From an uncultured delta proteobacterium (lineage in GTDB: Bacteria; Desulfobacterota; RBG-13-43-22), in contig CAWBOS010000010.1 of NCBI GenBank assembly GCA_963790475.1, forward strand, positions 480,001 through 544,000: a stretch of DNA of 64,000 nucleotides. The letters run 5' to 3'. Positions 36,030 through 45,686 of this stretch are shown piece by piece. The translations under genes and the position numbers were made by a program. The notes under the pieces are model-generated. The model saw only the letters and a list, made by a program, of their open reading frames with translations, was not told where the DNA came from and did not search any database. Positions within the stretch are counted from its first letter, which is position 1; the number at the start of each line of letters is the position of its first letter.

Positions 36030-37052
36030 TCAGTTGATAAAAACTTTGGTGTAGAAGTCGGTTTGCATCAAGGCCTTACCCGCCCCCATAACCACGGAGG
36101 TCAATGGGTCTTCAGCGATATGGACCTTAAGACCGGTTTCCCTTTTCAGGAGTTTATCCAGTCCGTTGAGCAATGCCCCCCCTCCGGCCAGGGTCATCCC
36201 TTCCTGGCTGATATCGCCTGATAATTCGGGAGGAGTTTTTTCCAAGGCCCTTTTCACGGCGTCAACAATGGCCCATATGGGTTCGGCCATCCCTTCCCGA
36301 AGGTCTTTGTCCGTCAGTTGGATGGTTCGAGGGATCCCGGAAAAAACCTCTTTTCCCGACACCTGGAAAGGTATCGGTTTTTGCTGAGGATAGGCCGAAC
36401 CGTAGTCGATCTTAATCTGTTCGGCAGTATTCTCTCCTATCTGTAGATGGAATTTCTTTTGCAGGAAATAAATAACGGATTCATTGAGTTCGTCTCCAGC
36501 CACCCGGATGGACTCACTATAAGCCGTGGAAAACGACATAATGATGGCCACTTCCGTGGTCCCTCCTCCGATGTCCACAATCATATTGGCCCGGGTTGAC
36601 TGGACCGACATGCCGGCTCCAATAGCAGCAGCCATGGGTTCCTCGATAAGGTACACATCCCGTGCTCCTGCTTCCAGGGCCGATTCGACCACGGCCCTTT
36701 TTTCGACCATGGTGATGCCGGACGGGACACCGATGACCAAATTTGGCTTAAAAAAACGGGATTTCCCGCTAACCTTCAAGAGGAAAAATTTAATCATTTC
36801 TCGGGTAATCTCGAAGTCGGCGATTACGCCGTCTTTCAGGGGACGAATCGCGGAAATACGGGCCGGGGTCCGGCCTAAATAGTCCTTGGCCTCTTTCCCG
36901 ACGGCCAGAACCTGGCCGGTTTCATTATTGATGGCCACGACGGAGGGTTCGTTAAGAACCACCCCTTGATTTTTTTTAAAGATTAAAGTATTAGCCGTTC
37001 CCAGATCCATGGCCATATCTTCGGAAAAGAGGCCGAAAAATTTTCTGATCAT
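36030..37052 (-). CDS. mreB: Rod shape-determining protein MreB
   Basis: Motifs DLGTANT, EPSVVA, IRPLKDGVIADF, EEPMAAAIGAG, DIGGGTTEVA and LAGGGALL. Confidence 0.96.
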   Translation of the reverse strand: MIRKFFGLFSEDMAMDLGTANTLIFKKNQGVVLNEPSVVAINNETGQVLAVGKEAKDYLGRTPARISAIRPLKDGVIADFEITREMIKFFLLKVSGKSRFFKPNLVIGVPSGITMVEKRAVVESALEAGARDVYLIEEPMAAAIGAGMSVQSTRANMIVDIGGGTTEVAIIMSFSTAYSESIRVAGDELNESVIYFLQKKFHLQIGENTAEQIKIDYGSAYPQQKPIPFQVSGKEVFSGIPRTIQLTDKDLREGMAEPIWAIVDAVKRALEKTPPELSGDISQEGMTLAGGGALLNGLDKLLKRETGLKVHIAEDPLTSVVMGAGKALMQTDFYTKVFIN

Positions 37053-37064
37053 AGTTTTTTAAAC

Positions 37065-38081
37065 TCACAGATTCATTAAATAAAGTATTGAGGTGATGAT
37101 GGTCTGGCCGGCCGAGGTCAAGGCTTGAATTTCTTCTTCCCTCCAATCATTTTCCCGGTGGCCGATCAAATTCATTACCCCATATAAATTACCGAAAAAA
37201 CATAGGGGAAGACCGATGTAAGATTGGAAGTGCGTACAGGGGTCATCGGGGTAAAAGACATACGATTTGTGGTTCCTCGGTTTCATCGAACGCCGCACCA
37301 GAGGTTTTTCTTCCCGGATGACCCAGCCGGTTAACCCCATATCAATAGAATGGAAGGTTTTTTTCAAGGGGCCCTGCAAGGTTCCATCCGAGGCGACCAC
37401 CTTGTACCGATCCCTCTTCCTGGGAACCAGGGCTAAAAAGGCGGCGTCCGTCCTGGAAAATAAACGGCAACAGTTAAGGGCTTTCAAATAATATTGATTG
37501 ACATCCTGTTTTTCCATGGAAAGGCTGTTGATGTCATTAAAAAATCCCAGAATATGATGCTGATCCCTTTCTTTTTTTCCAACATCTTGGGCGTGAAGGA
37601 TATGAAGGACCAGCAAAGAGAAGTCGTGTAATATTTTCTGGTCTTTATCGGTAAAAACATAGTTTCGTTTGCTGTCAATACACAGGACACCGACCTCTCC
37701 CACGGGAACTGCTAAAAAGGATTTTATCTTTTCGTCCCGCAGATACAGTTTTAAATTTCGGGTATCACGATCGAATTGAGAGATATTGACCGGGCGTTGG
37801 TTTTTGGCCACCCAGCCGATCAGGCTGTCTCCCACCTGGAGTTGGGTATCCGGGTCAATATGAAGACTCAGGCTGTGATAACTTCTGAGATTCAGTTTGT
37901 TCCTGGCGGAATCAAGCAGGAAAAGGGCTGTCGTAAAAGAGTCGGTTACATTACTGATGAGCTGTATTATTTCCTTTAATCCATAATCGGTGACAGTTTC
38001 CATCTGAACGGGAAAAGGCTTCTTAATAAATGGATTATCATCCATCGCATAATATGCTATGTTAAAAAAAATTTGATTCAC
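37065..38081 (-). CDS. Stand-alone tandem GAF domain protein (true start probably further in, 38045 or 38003)
   Basis: Two GAF-like repeats: LIGWVAK..P..I.KSFLAVPV..GVLCIDS and GLTGWVI..P..SYIGLPL..GVM.L. No output domain. Confidence 0.8.
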   Translation of the reverse strand: MNQIFFNIAYYAMDDNPFIKKPFPVQMETVTDYGLKEIIQLISNVTDSFTTALFLLDSARNKLNLRSYHSLSLHIDPDTQLQVGDSLIGWVAKNQRPVNISQFDRDTRNLKLYLRDEKIKSFLAVPVGEVGVLCIDSKRNYVFTDKDQKILHDFSLLVLHILHAQDVGKKERDQHHILGFFNDINSLSMEKQDVNQYYLKALNCCRLFSRTDAAFLALVPRKRDRYKVVASDGTLQGPLKKTFHSIDMGLTGWVIREEKPLVRRSMKPRNHKSYVFYPDDPCTHFQSYIGLPLCFFGNLYGVMNLIGHRENDWREEEIQALTSAGQTIITSILYLMNL

Positions 38082-38106
38082 GCCTTCTCATCAGGCATTA
38101 TAAAAA

Positions 38107-38135
38107 ATTTTAACGCATTTGCCCCAGGTTGTCAA
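38107..38135 (-). promoter_or_regulatory. Sigma-70 promoter of the GAF-mreB unit
   Basis: Minus strand TTGACA-17 bp-TAAAAT. Confidence 0.7.
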
Positions 38136-38154
38136 TTTTTTTTAAGAAGGCAGC

Positions 38155-39273
38155 ATGAAAACGAGGTGTGATATAAAATCAACCTTAATGAGTAAGAGGC
38201 GAAAAACGGTTTCTGTTTCCGTGGGGGGGATTCGAATTGGAAGCAGACATCCGGTAGTGGTCCAGTCCATGACCAGCACGAATACCCATGATGTTTATCA
38301 GACCTTAAAACAGATCCGGGAACTTGAAAGGGCTGGCTGTGAACTGATCCGGGTGGCGGTTCCTGACCAGGCGGCCATCCCGGCTTTGAAGGAAATCATT
38401 CAAAAGTCTCCCCTGCCAATAATCGCCGACATCCATTTTGACTTCCGTCTGGCCCTGGAAGGGATGAAGGTTGGCGCCGCCGGCATACGGATCAATCCCG
38501 GGAACATCGGGGGGGCGTCGAGGATCGCCCGGATAACTGAGATGGCCCAAGAAAAGGGAGTCTGTATCCGTATCGGGGTTAATGCCGGTTCGTTGGAGAA
38601 GGCCCTGCAATCCAGAGCACGGGAAGGAGAACAGGCCGAAGCCATGGTCGAATCGGCTTTAGGTCATATCGCCCTTTTTGAAAAGATGAATTTTAAGAAT
38701 CTCAAGATTTCCCTCAAGTCCTCCGATGTACTGCAAACCGTTCGAGCTTATCAATTATTGGCCAAAGAAGTGGATTATCCTTTTCATCTGGGGATTACCG
38801 AGGCCGGGACCTTGCTTTCGGGAACGGTCAAGTCGGCCCTGGGGATCGGCCTTCTCCTCTATCAGGGAATCGGAGACACCCTGCGGGTATCCCTGACCGC
38901 CCACCCTCGTGAAGAAATCAAAGTGGCTTACGACATTCTGAGGGCCTTGGGTTTGAGAAAGAGGGGGGTGGAGATTATTTCCTGTCCCACCTGCGGTCGG
39001 TGCCAAATCGATTTGTTGCCCTTGGTCCAACGGGTCGAAAAAGAGGTCAAAAAATACACCCGGCCCTTGAAGGTGGCTATCATGGGTTGTGTGGTCAACG
39101 GTCCCGGAGAGGCCCGGGAAGCCGATATCGGCATTGCCGGTGGAAAAAGTCTCGGCCTGCTTTTCGCCAAGGGAAGGATGATCCGTAAGATCCCGGAGGC
39201 GGATCTGGCCGATAGCCTATTAGAAGAGATTGAGAATATGGAAAAAGATAACACTTTAGGCGTAGTAACTTAG
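38155..39273 (+). CDS. ispG: HMB-PP synthase (MEP pathway)
   Basis: Motifs VQSMT, ADIHFD, RINPGNIG, RIGVNAGSL, HLGITEAG, GDTLRVSL, SCPTCGR and MGCVVNGPGE. Confidence 0.97.
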   Translation: MKTRCDIKSTLMSKRRKTVSVSVGGIRIGSRHPVVVQSMTSTNTHDVYQTLKQIRELERAGCELIRVAVPDQAAIPALKEIIQKSPLPIIADIHFDFRLALEGMKVGAAGIRINPGNIGGASRIARITEMAQEKGVCIRIGVNAGSLEKALQSRAREGEQAEAMVESALGHIALFEKMNFKNLKISLKSSDVLQTVRAYQLLAKEVDYPFHLGITEAGTLLSGTVKSALGIGLLLYQGIGDTLRVSLTAHPREEIKVAYDILRALGLRKRGVEIISCPTCGRCQIDLLPLVQRVEKEVKKYTRPLKVAIMGCVVNGPGEAREADIGIAGGKSLGLLFAKGRMIRKIPEADLADSLLEEIENMEKDNTLGVVT

Positions 39274-39310
39274 GAATAGAATTCTACTCAAATTGGATAG
39301 AATATTTCGT

Positions 39311-39427
39311 CGTCATTCCCGCGAAGGCGGGAATCCAGGCTATTCTCAACTTATTAAAAACACTGGATTCCCTTTTTCAAGGGAATGACGAAAATAGGCT
39401 TTCGGTGACTTTTTACGAATCCACCAA
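39311..39427. repeat. Family B palindrome doublet (B7)
   Basis: CGTCA-TTCCCGC GAAG GCGGGAA-TCCAG..CTGGA-TTCCCTT TTTC AAGGGAA-TGACG..GACTTTTTACGAATCCA. Confidence 0.88.
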
Positions 39428-39492
39428 ATGTTACAATATTTCAAATATGGTTCCGGCTTGTCCGGGTTAGGTGTTTGAAAAAAGAATTATTA

Positions 39493-39691
39493 TTCACCAG
39501 ACACAAAGAACACAGAGATATTTTTTTTGAACAATCCTGTGAGAGGCTGGATTGTTCAAACCAGCCCTGACCTCCGGCCAAATCTTTGCCGGAAGGGCCG
39601 CGAAGCTTCTCCATTGCAGGCCCGCCAACGGCGCGGTCACCCGCAATGGAGAAATTTTCATCTCTGCGACCCCTGCGTCTCTGCGGTGAAA
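39493..39691 (-). repeat. Family A structured repeat, copy A8 (complete, inverted, with an insertion in one loop)
   Basis: Plus strand TTTGAACAATCC..TGAGAGG..GGATTGTTCAAA, CCTCCGGCCAA, GCGAAG, TTCTCCATTGC..GCAATGGAGAA, ending CTCTGCGACCCCTGCGTCTCTGCGGTGAAA. Confidence 0.85.
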
Positions 39692-39757
39692 GCAGTTGGT
39701 TCAAACAGCCAGATAATTACGGAAAGAGAAATAATCGACAAGGAGAATTGATTGGCA

Positions 39758-41476
39758 ATGCTTTATTCCCAGTTGTATATCCCAACCTTAAAGGAAAAAC
39801 CGGCCGAAGCCGAAGTGATCAGTCACCAGCTGATGCTCCGGGCCGGCTTTATCAGAAAATTAACCTCCGGCATTTACAGTTATCTGCCATTGGGGGTGCG
39901 TTCCTTGAGAAAGATGGAAGCCATTATCCGGGAAGAAATGAACCGGGCCGGGGCCCAGGAGGTTTTGCTGCCGGCCCTTCAGCCGGCCGAACTCTGGCAG
40001 GAGAGCGGCCGATGGGAAAAATACGGAAAGGAGTTGATCCGAGTCCGGGATCGGCACAACCATGATTATTGTCTGGGGCCGACTCACGAGGAAGTGATCA
40101 CCGATCTTATCCGTCATGAAATCCGCTCCTATCGCCAATTACCGGTAAATCTTTATCAGATCCAGACCAAGTTTCGGGATGAGATCCGTCCCCGATTCGG
40201 TCTGATGCGCGGCCGGGAATTCGGGATGAAAGACGGTTACAGCTTCGACCGGGATGAGGAAGGGGCGGGCCAGACTTATCAAAAGATGTATGAGGCCTAC
40301 CAGCGGATCTTTAGGCGCTGCGGACTTCGTTTTAAAGCCGTCGAGGCCGACAGCGGGGCTATCGGAGGCAGTTACTCTCATGAATTTATGGTGCTGGCTG
40401 AAAGCGGCGAAGATGCCATCCTGGCCTGCACGGCTTGCAGCTATGCGGCCAACGTGGAAAGGGCCGAATCCATTGACCGGTTTCAGGCCGACTTGAATGA
40501 AGGAATAAAAGATCGGGAGAAGAAATCCACACCGGGGCAGAGGACGGTGGAAGAGGTGACCCGCTTTCTGTCTATCCCGCCCCAGAGATTGGTCAAGACC
40601 ATGATCTATCAAACCGAGCGGGGGCCGGTGGCTGTTTTAGTGCGGGGAGATCAGGAGGTAAATGAAACCAAGTTATCAAAAGTCTTGGATTGTCAGGAAC
40701 TGATCCTGGCCGAGGCCCTGAAGGTTCAGGAACTGACCGGGGCTCCTCTGGGATTTGCCGGGGCGGTGGGTCTGTCTCTTCCCCTTTGGGCGGATCAAAC
40801 CCTTAAAAGCCTGAAAAGTTTTGTCATGGGGGCCAATGAGGCGGATTTCCATTGGATCAATCTCAATTGGGAAATCGATGTTGATCTTCCCCAATGGGCC
40901 GACTTGCGCCTGGCGCAGCCCGGCGAACCCTGTCCCCGCTGTCAGGCTGCCCTCGAAGCTTATCGGGGAATCGAGGTGGGGCATGTCTTTAAATTGGGGG
41001 ACAAGTATTCCCGGTCGATGAAGGCCACCTTTCTGGATGAACAGGGCCGGGAGCAATTTATGATCATGGGCTGTTTTGGTATCGGTGTCGGCCGGACGGT
41101 GGCTGCGGCCATTGAACAAAACCACGACAAGGACGGGATCATCTGGCCTATGGCCCTGGCCCCCTTTCAGGTCCTTATAACGCCGGTGGAATGGAGTCCG
41201 GGATCCGAAACGCATCAAACCGCTCAGACAATTCATGAAGGGCTTGAGCGGCAGGGAATTGAGGTCCTGTTGGACGATCGTGAGGAAAGACCGGGGATCA
41301 AATTCAAAGATGCGGACTTGATCGGCATTCCGGTTCGGGTGACTATTGGGTCGAAAGGCCTGGCCGAGGGAATAGTCGAAGTACGTGAAAGGTGTACCGG
41401 CCAGGTACAGAAAGTGCCCAAGGACCAGGTGATTTCGATGATTCAGAAAATTGTCTTAGATGCCTTAATGGCCTGA
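39758..41476 (+). CDS. proS: Proline--tRNA ligase (with INS editing domain)
   Basis: Motifs SHQLMLRAG, LGPTHEE, QIQTKFRDEIRPRFGLMRGREF.MKD, GIEVGHVF.LG and MGCFGIG. Confidence 0.97.
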   Translation: MLYSQLYIPTLKEKPAEAEVISHQLMLRAGFIRKLTSGIYSYLPLGVRSLRKMEAIIREEMNRAGAQEVLLPALQPAELWQESGRWEKYGKELIRVRDRHNHDYCLGPTHEEVITDLIRHEIRSYRQLPVNLYQIQTKFRDEIRPRFGLMRGREFGMKDGYSFDRDEEGAGQTYQKMYEAYQRIFRRCGLRFKAVEADSGAIGGSYSHEFMVLAESGEDAILACTACSYAANVERAESIDRFQADLNEGIKDREKKSTPGQRTVEEVTRFLSIPPQRLVKTMIYQTERGPVAVLVRGDQEVNETKLSKVLDCQELILAEALKVQELTGAPLGFAGAVGLSLPLWADQTLKSLKSFVMGANEADFHWINLNWEIDVDLPQWADLRLAQPGEPCPRCQAALEAYRGIEVGHVFKLGDKYSRSMKATFLDEQGREQFMIMGCFGIGVGRTVAAAIEQNHDKDGIIWPMALAPFQVLITPVEWSPGSETHQTAQTIHEGLERQGIEVLLDDREERPGIKFKDADLIGIPVRVTIGSKGLAEGIVEVRERCTGQVQKVPKDQVISMIQKIVLDALMA

Positions 41477-41570
41477 GATCTTAAAAAAGAAGCGCTCTTT
41501 TGCTGAGAGCTGAAATAAGGGGCATCCGCTGTCTGCTATGACCTTATGAGCTGTGAGCTAATTATAATCC

Positions 41571-43724
41571 ATGATCCGCATCAACACCATCATCGACGAA
41601 CTCTTATCATATTGGCCCCAGGCCGATATTGATTTAATCCAGAAAGCCTATATCTTTTCTGCTAAGGTGCACGAGGGACAGGTGCGGCTGTCGGGAGAGG
41701 CCTATCTGTCTCATCCCCTGGAGGTGGCCTGGTTATTGACCCAGATGAAGCTGGATCAGGTCACCATCGCCGCAGGACTGCTCCATGACACTATTGAAGA
41801 TACTCTGGCCACGGCAAAGATGATCGAAGAAAAGTTCGGGCCGGAGATCCTGCATATTGTCAACGGAGTGACCAAGATCAGTGCTATTCATTTCCAAAAC
41901 CAGGAAGAACGGCAAGCTGAAAATATTCGAAAAATGATTTTGGCCATGTCGGACGATATCCGGGTCATCCTGGTCAAATTAGCCGATCGGGTACACAATA
42001 TGCGGACCTTGGGGTTTCAAACTCCGGAAAAGCAAAAGTCCATCGCCCAGGAGACCCTGGATATTTATGCCCCTATTTCGGCCCGGTTGGGCATGCATCG
42101 GATCCAAACCGAACTGGAAGACCTTTGCCTTTATTATCTGGAACCGGCGGCCTATCAGGCCATCAAAGATGGTGTGGCCAGGAAACGGGAGGAAAGGGAA
42201 AGGTATATTCGAGAGGTCAAGGCCCTGCTTCAGAAAAAAATGGATTCGGTAAATCTGCCTTGCCGTGTGGAAGGACGTCCCAAGCATTTCTACAGTATTT
42301 ACAAAAAAATGATCAACCAGAAACTGGATATCAGCCAGTTATATGATCTCATTGCCTTTCGGGTCGTCGTCAAGGAGGTGGCCGAATGCTATGAGGCCCT
42401 GGGGCATATCCACTCCCTCTGGAAACCGATTTCGGGAAAGTTCAATGACTTTATCAGTCTGCCAAAGACCAATCGCTATCAGTCCCTGCACACCAAGGTC
42501 ATCGGCCCCTTGGGAGAAAGGATCGAGATTCAGATCCGGACCGAGGAGATGCACCGCGTGGCTGAAGAGGGGATTGCCTCCCACTGGCAATACAAAGAAG
42601 GACAACCCCTTAATGAAACCGATGCCAAAAAATTCAGGTGGGTCAGGCAGCTTTTAGAGTCTCAAAAAGTTCAAGATCCAAGGGAGTTTCTGGAATCGGT
42701 CCGTATCGACCTGTTTCCTGACGAGGTCTATGTGTTTACCCCGCAGGGTGAAGTCAAAATTCTCCCTAAAGGGGCGACTCCCATTGATTTTGCTTATGCC
42801 GTCCACACCGAGGTGGGGCATCATTGTTCCGGGGCCCGGGTCAATAAAAAAATGGTCCCTTTGCGGACCACGCTTCAGCATGGGGACGTGGTGGAAATCA
42901 TCACCTCGTCCGGCCATTTCCCGAGCAAAGACTGGCTCAAGATCGTCAAGACCTCTAAGGCCAAGAACCGGATCCGACAATGGCTTAAGATCGAAGAACG
43001 GAAGCGGAGCATCGATATCGGCAAGGACCTGTTGGAGAAGGAACTTCGGAAGCATCAGGTAAATGTGGGTCAGCAAATGAAGAGTGATGCCTTACAACGG
43101 ATAGCCCAGGAATTGTCCTTTCAAAAGGTCGAAGACCTGCTGGCCGGTATCGGGTTCGGGGAAATTTCGATTCGCCAGGTCGTGAACCGGATGCTGCCTA
43201 AAGAAGAAGTCGAAGAAAAGAAAGAGGAAGAACCCCTCTCTATTTCTCCACGGCATACTCCCAGGGAAAAGGGGGGGGTTTTGATTCGTGGGATTCCGGA
43301 TGTGATGACTCGTTTTGCTAAATGCTGTTCCCCCCTTCCCGGAGATGAGGTGGTTGGATTTATCACTCGCGGGAGAGGGATTACGGTCCATGCCCGGTTC
43401 TGTCCCCAGGTGGCCCTGGAAGACCAGGAGAGGATGATCGAGGTGCAGTGGGATGTCTCGGATAAAACCAAGAACCTCTATCCGGTCAAGATTGAGATCT
43501 GGTCAACCGATAAAAAGGGGATGCTGGCGGAGGTCAGTACGGCCATCACCTCGGCCGAGTCCAATATTTTAAAGGCCGATGTGGTTACCACGACTGACAA
43601 AAAGGCCTTTTATCAGTTTCTCATTGAGGTCAGTGATACCCTTCATCTGCAAACCGTCATAACCAATCTTAAAAAAATAAAAGGGGTTATCAATGTCCTC
43701 CGTTCTTTTGAAAAAAATGTCTGA
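41571..43724 (+). CDS. relA/spoT: Bifunctional (p)ppGpp synthetase/hydrolase (long RSH)
   Basis: HD motif LLHDTIEDT, KLADR.HNMRTL, YQSLHT, EIQIRT, TGS (DFAYAVHTEVG), Cys motif AKCC.P.PGD and a C-terminal ACT domain. Confidence 0.96.
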   Translation: MIRINTIIDELLSYWPQADIDLIQKAYIFSAKVHEGQVRLSGEAYLSHPLEVAWLLTQMKLDQVTIAAGLLHDTIEDTLATAKMIEEKFGPEILHIVNGVTKISAIHFQNQEERQAENIRKMILAMSDDIRVILVKLADRVHNMRTLGFQTPEKQKSIAQETLDIYAPISARLGMHRIQTELEDLCLYYLEPAAYQAIKDGVARKREERERYIREVKALLQKKMDSVNLPCRVEGRPKHFYSIYKKMINQKLDISQLYDLIAFRVVVKEVAECYEALGHIHSLWKPISGKFNDFISLPKTNRYQSLHTKVIGPLGERIEIQIRTEEMHRVAEEGIASHWQYKEGQPLNETDAKKFRWVRQLLESQKVQDPREFLESVRIDLFPDEVYVFTPQGEVKILPKGATPIDFAYAVHTEVGHHCSGARVNKKMVPLRTTLQHGDVVEIITSSGHFPSKDWLKIVKTSKAKNRIRQWLKIEERKRSIDIGKDLLEKELRKHQVNVGQQMKSDALQRIAQELSFQKVEDLLAGIGFGEISIRQVVNRMLPKEEVEEKKEEEPLSISPRHTPREKGGVLIRGIPDVMTRFAKCCSPLPGDEVVGFITRGRGITVHARFCPQVALEDQERMIEVQWDVSDKTKNLYPVKIEIWSTDKKGMLAEVSTAITSAESNILKADVVTTTDKKAFYQFLIEVSDTLHLQTVITNLKKIKGVINVLRSFEKNV

Positions 43725-43755
43725 AAGCCCTGACATTTTTTGAACCTTCTATGGA

Positions 43756-43947
43756 TTATACCGACCGGGTTATCTTTCCCGAACGAAGGCATCGCGTGCA
43801 AACACTTACCCGCCTGACCGTTCCCTCATGAACGGCTTTGATATTCTGGAGATTGGGACTCCACCTTTTATAAGTCTTGTTGTTGGCATGACTGACATTA
43901 TGCCCGATTTGATGGCCTTTGCCACAGACGCTACATACCTTAGCCAT
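43756..43947 (-). CDS. rpmB: 50S ribosomal protein L28 (four-cysteine form)
   Basis: [10 protein letters not shown]...[18 protein letters not shown]...VCTRCLRSG; AAGGAG ribosome site. Confidence 0.97.
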   Translation of the reverse strand: MAKVCSVCGKGHQIGHNVSHANNKTYKRWSPNLQNIKAVHEGTVRRVSVCTRCLRSGKITRSV

Positions 43948-44031
43948 TGTTGCTCCTTATAATCTGATAAAAATCTATTTTCTTACTCAACGTGAATTCT
44001 AATTCTCGAATCGCCTTTGAATTTTATCTTG

Positions 44032-45066
44032 TTAAACCCACTCAATCGGCGTTTCCGGTTGGGTTCGAGATACGATTTCCCCGATTGAAAAACATTGTTC
44101 CCCCGATTCCTGCAATCGAGCGATTATCTCTTGGATCTGATCGGCGGGGACGACAAGAATCATTCCCAGTCCGTTGTTAAACACCTGAAACATTTCTTTT
44201 TCCGATACGTTCCCCATCCGCTTGATTATGGAAAAGATGGGAGGAATTTTCCAGGAATCTTTTATAATATCGGCCCGGCAATCGGCCGGTAGGATTCGGG
44301 GGAGGTTTTCGGTTAGTCCCCCCCCGGTGATATGGGCCATTCCCTTCAAGGGATATTCTTTGATGACAGAAAGGATGGATTGAACATAGATCCGTGTTGG
44401 CTTAAGTAATTCCTCTCCCAGGGCCGACCCTAATTCAGGAATGGATTCTCCGGGATCCATCCTTAGATCATCAAAGAAGATTTTTCGGACCAGGGAATAC
44501 CCGTTGCTGTGTAAACCGCTGGATGCCAGTCCGATGATCCGGTCGCCGGGCCGGATCTTGGAACCGTCAATGATCTTTTCCCTTTCCACGATTCCCACTA
44601 CAAAGCCGGCCAGATCATACTCACCGGCCGGATACATCCCGGGCATTTCGGCCGTTTCCCCGCCGATCAAGGCACATCCGGCCTGTTTGCACCCGTTTAC
44701 GATCCCCTCGATGATAGCGGTCTGGGTTTCCAGGTTCAACCGCCCGGTGGCCAAATAATCCAGAAAGAAAAGAGGAAGGGCGCCCTGCACAATAATATCG
44801 TTGACACACATGGCCACCAGATCGATCCCGATCGACCGGTGCTGGCCCATTCGCTGGGCGATCTTCAATTTGGTCCCAACGCCGTCGGTGGAGGAGACCA
44901 GGACCGGTTCTGAAAAAGCCGAAGGGTCCAGGCGGAACAAACCGCTGAAGCCACCGATATCGGTAATGACCTGAGGAGAATAGGTCTGACGAATCAGGGG
45001 CTTTATCCGGTCAATAAAGGTGTTTCCCAGATTGATATCCACGCCAGCTTTTTGGTATAAATCCAT
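44032..45066 (-). CDS. purM: Phosphoribosylformylglycinamidine cyclo-ligase
   Basis: Motifs Y..AGVDI, TDGVGTK, GIDLVAMCVND, GGETAEMPG, SSGLHSNGYSL and HITGGG. Confidence 0.97.
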   Translation of the reverse strand: MDLYQKAGVDINLGNTFIDRIKPLIRQTYSPQVITDIGGFSGLFRLDPSAFSEPVLVSSTDGVGTKLKIAQRMGQHRSIGIDLVAMCVNDIIVQGALPLFFLDYLATGRLNLETQTAIIEGIVNGCKQAGCALIGGETAEMPGMYPAGEYDLAGFVVGIVEREKIIDGSKIRPGDRIIGLASSGLHSNGYSLVRKIFFDDLRMDPGESIPELGSALGEELLKPTRIYVQSILSVIKEYPLKGMAHITGGGLTENLPRILPADCRADIIKDSWKIPPIFSIIKRMGNVSEKEMFQVFNNGLGMILVVPADQIQEIIARLQESGEQCFSIGEIVSRTQPETPIEWV

Positions 45067-45136
45067 AACCTTGGTCCTATTTTTGAGTTAACCAAACCCC
45101 AGGGCCGATTTAAAATTCTTAATACTAAAACAAAAC

Positions 45137-45165
45137 ATTTTATTATAATTAGGAAAAGATGTCAA
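45137..45165 (-). promoter_or_regulatory. Sigma-70 promoter of purM
   Basis: Minus strand TTGACA-17 bp-TAAAAT. Confidence 0.7.
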
Positions 45166-45686
45166 TTATTAAAGCATTTTACTTATTGAATATTTTACTG
45201 TTGAAACAGGCAGAGCCTATTTTTATTCAACTAATTGCTTTTAAAGAGGAAATGCCTAATCGAATAGGTCCCTCCTGAGACACAGCTATTGAATGCGGTT
45301 TTTAGTTCCCCGCCTTATGGCCTTTGAGCACTCCGGAGTTCCATCATTTAAACGGGAAGATGGAGGCCGCCGCTATCTCGTTGAACGTTGATGAGGGAAT
45401 AAAGGAGCTCTAATTACTCTGGTATTTCTTCTTGATCCGCTCATTTTCTTAACTTATACTCTTTCCGTCAAATGGAACCTTCTTTTCAAAGAGATTATCG
45501 AGGTCGGTTGGAAGGAAGATATACTGCATTCGGTCTGCCTGAATTTAAACAAACCTATTTAAAATTTTTTTGACAGGTTGCTAATTACATTTTGCGATTT
45601 ACAGGTTTTTAGAAAAACAATTTTGATTTCTAAGCCCGCAACAACAAGTTAGGATAAAAATAGAATTTTTTGCGAGGGTTTCAAAA

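Noticed and set aside
5850-39691. Possible CRISPR array
   Set aside because: The repeats are dispersed, degenerate and not separated by regular unique spacers, and no cas gene is present.
25694-39751. Short ORFs at 25694-25942, 27286-27603, 30184-30471, 30707-30943, 31566-31748, 34552-34740, 39441-39704 and 39527-39751
   Set aside because: All are read-throughs of family A or B repeats. Shared peptides such as SLTEPTEPQR, IAGERPA and LDSGFRRND reflect the DNA repeat, not a protein family.
41504-41560. TATGAGC TGTGAGC heptamer-like run before relA/spoT
   Set aside because: Only two or three degenerate units with no clear facing array, too weak to count as a family C copy.
45180-45686. 500-bp intergenic stretch after the purM promoter, considered for a purine-related riboswitch or small RNA
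   Set aside because: No recognisable aptamer consensus or convincing terminator by eye, and it lies upstream of the predicted purM promoter. An Rfam scan would be needed.
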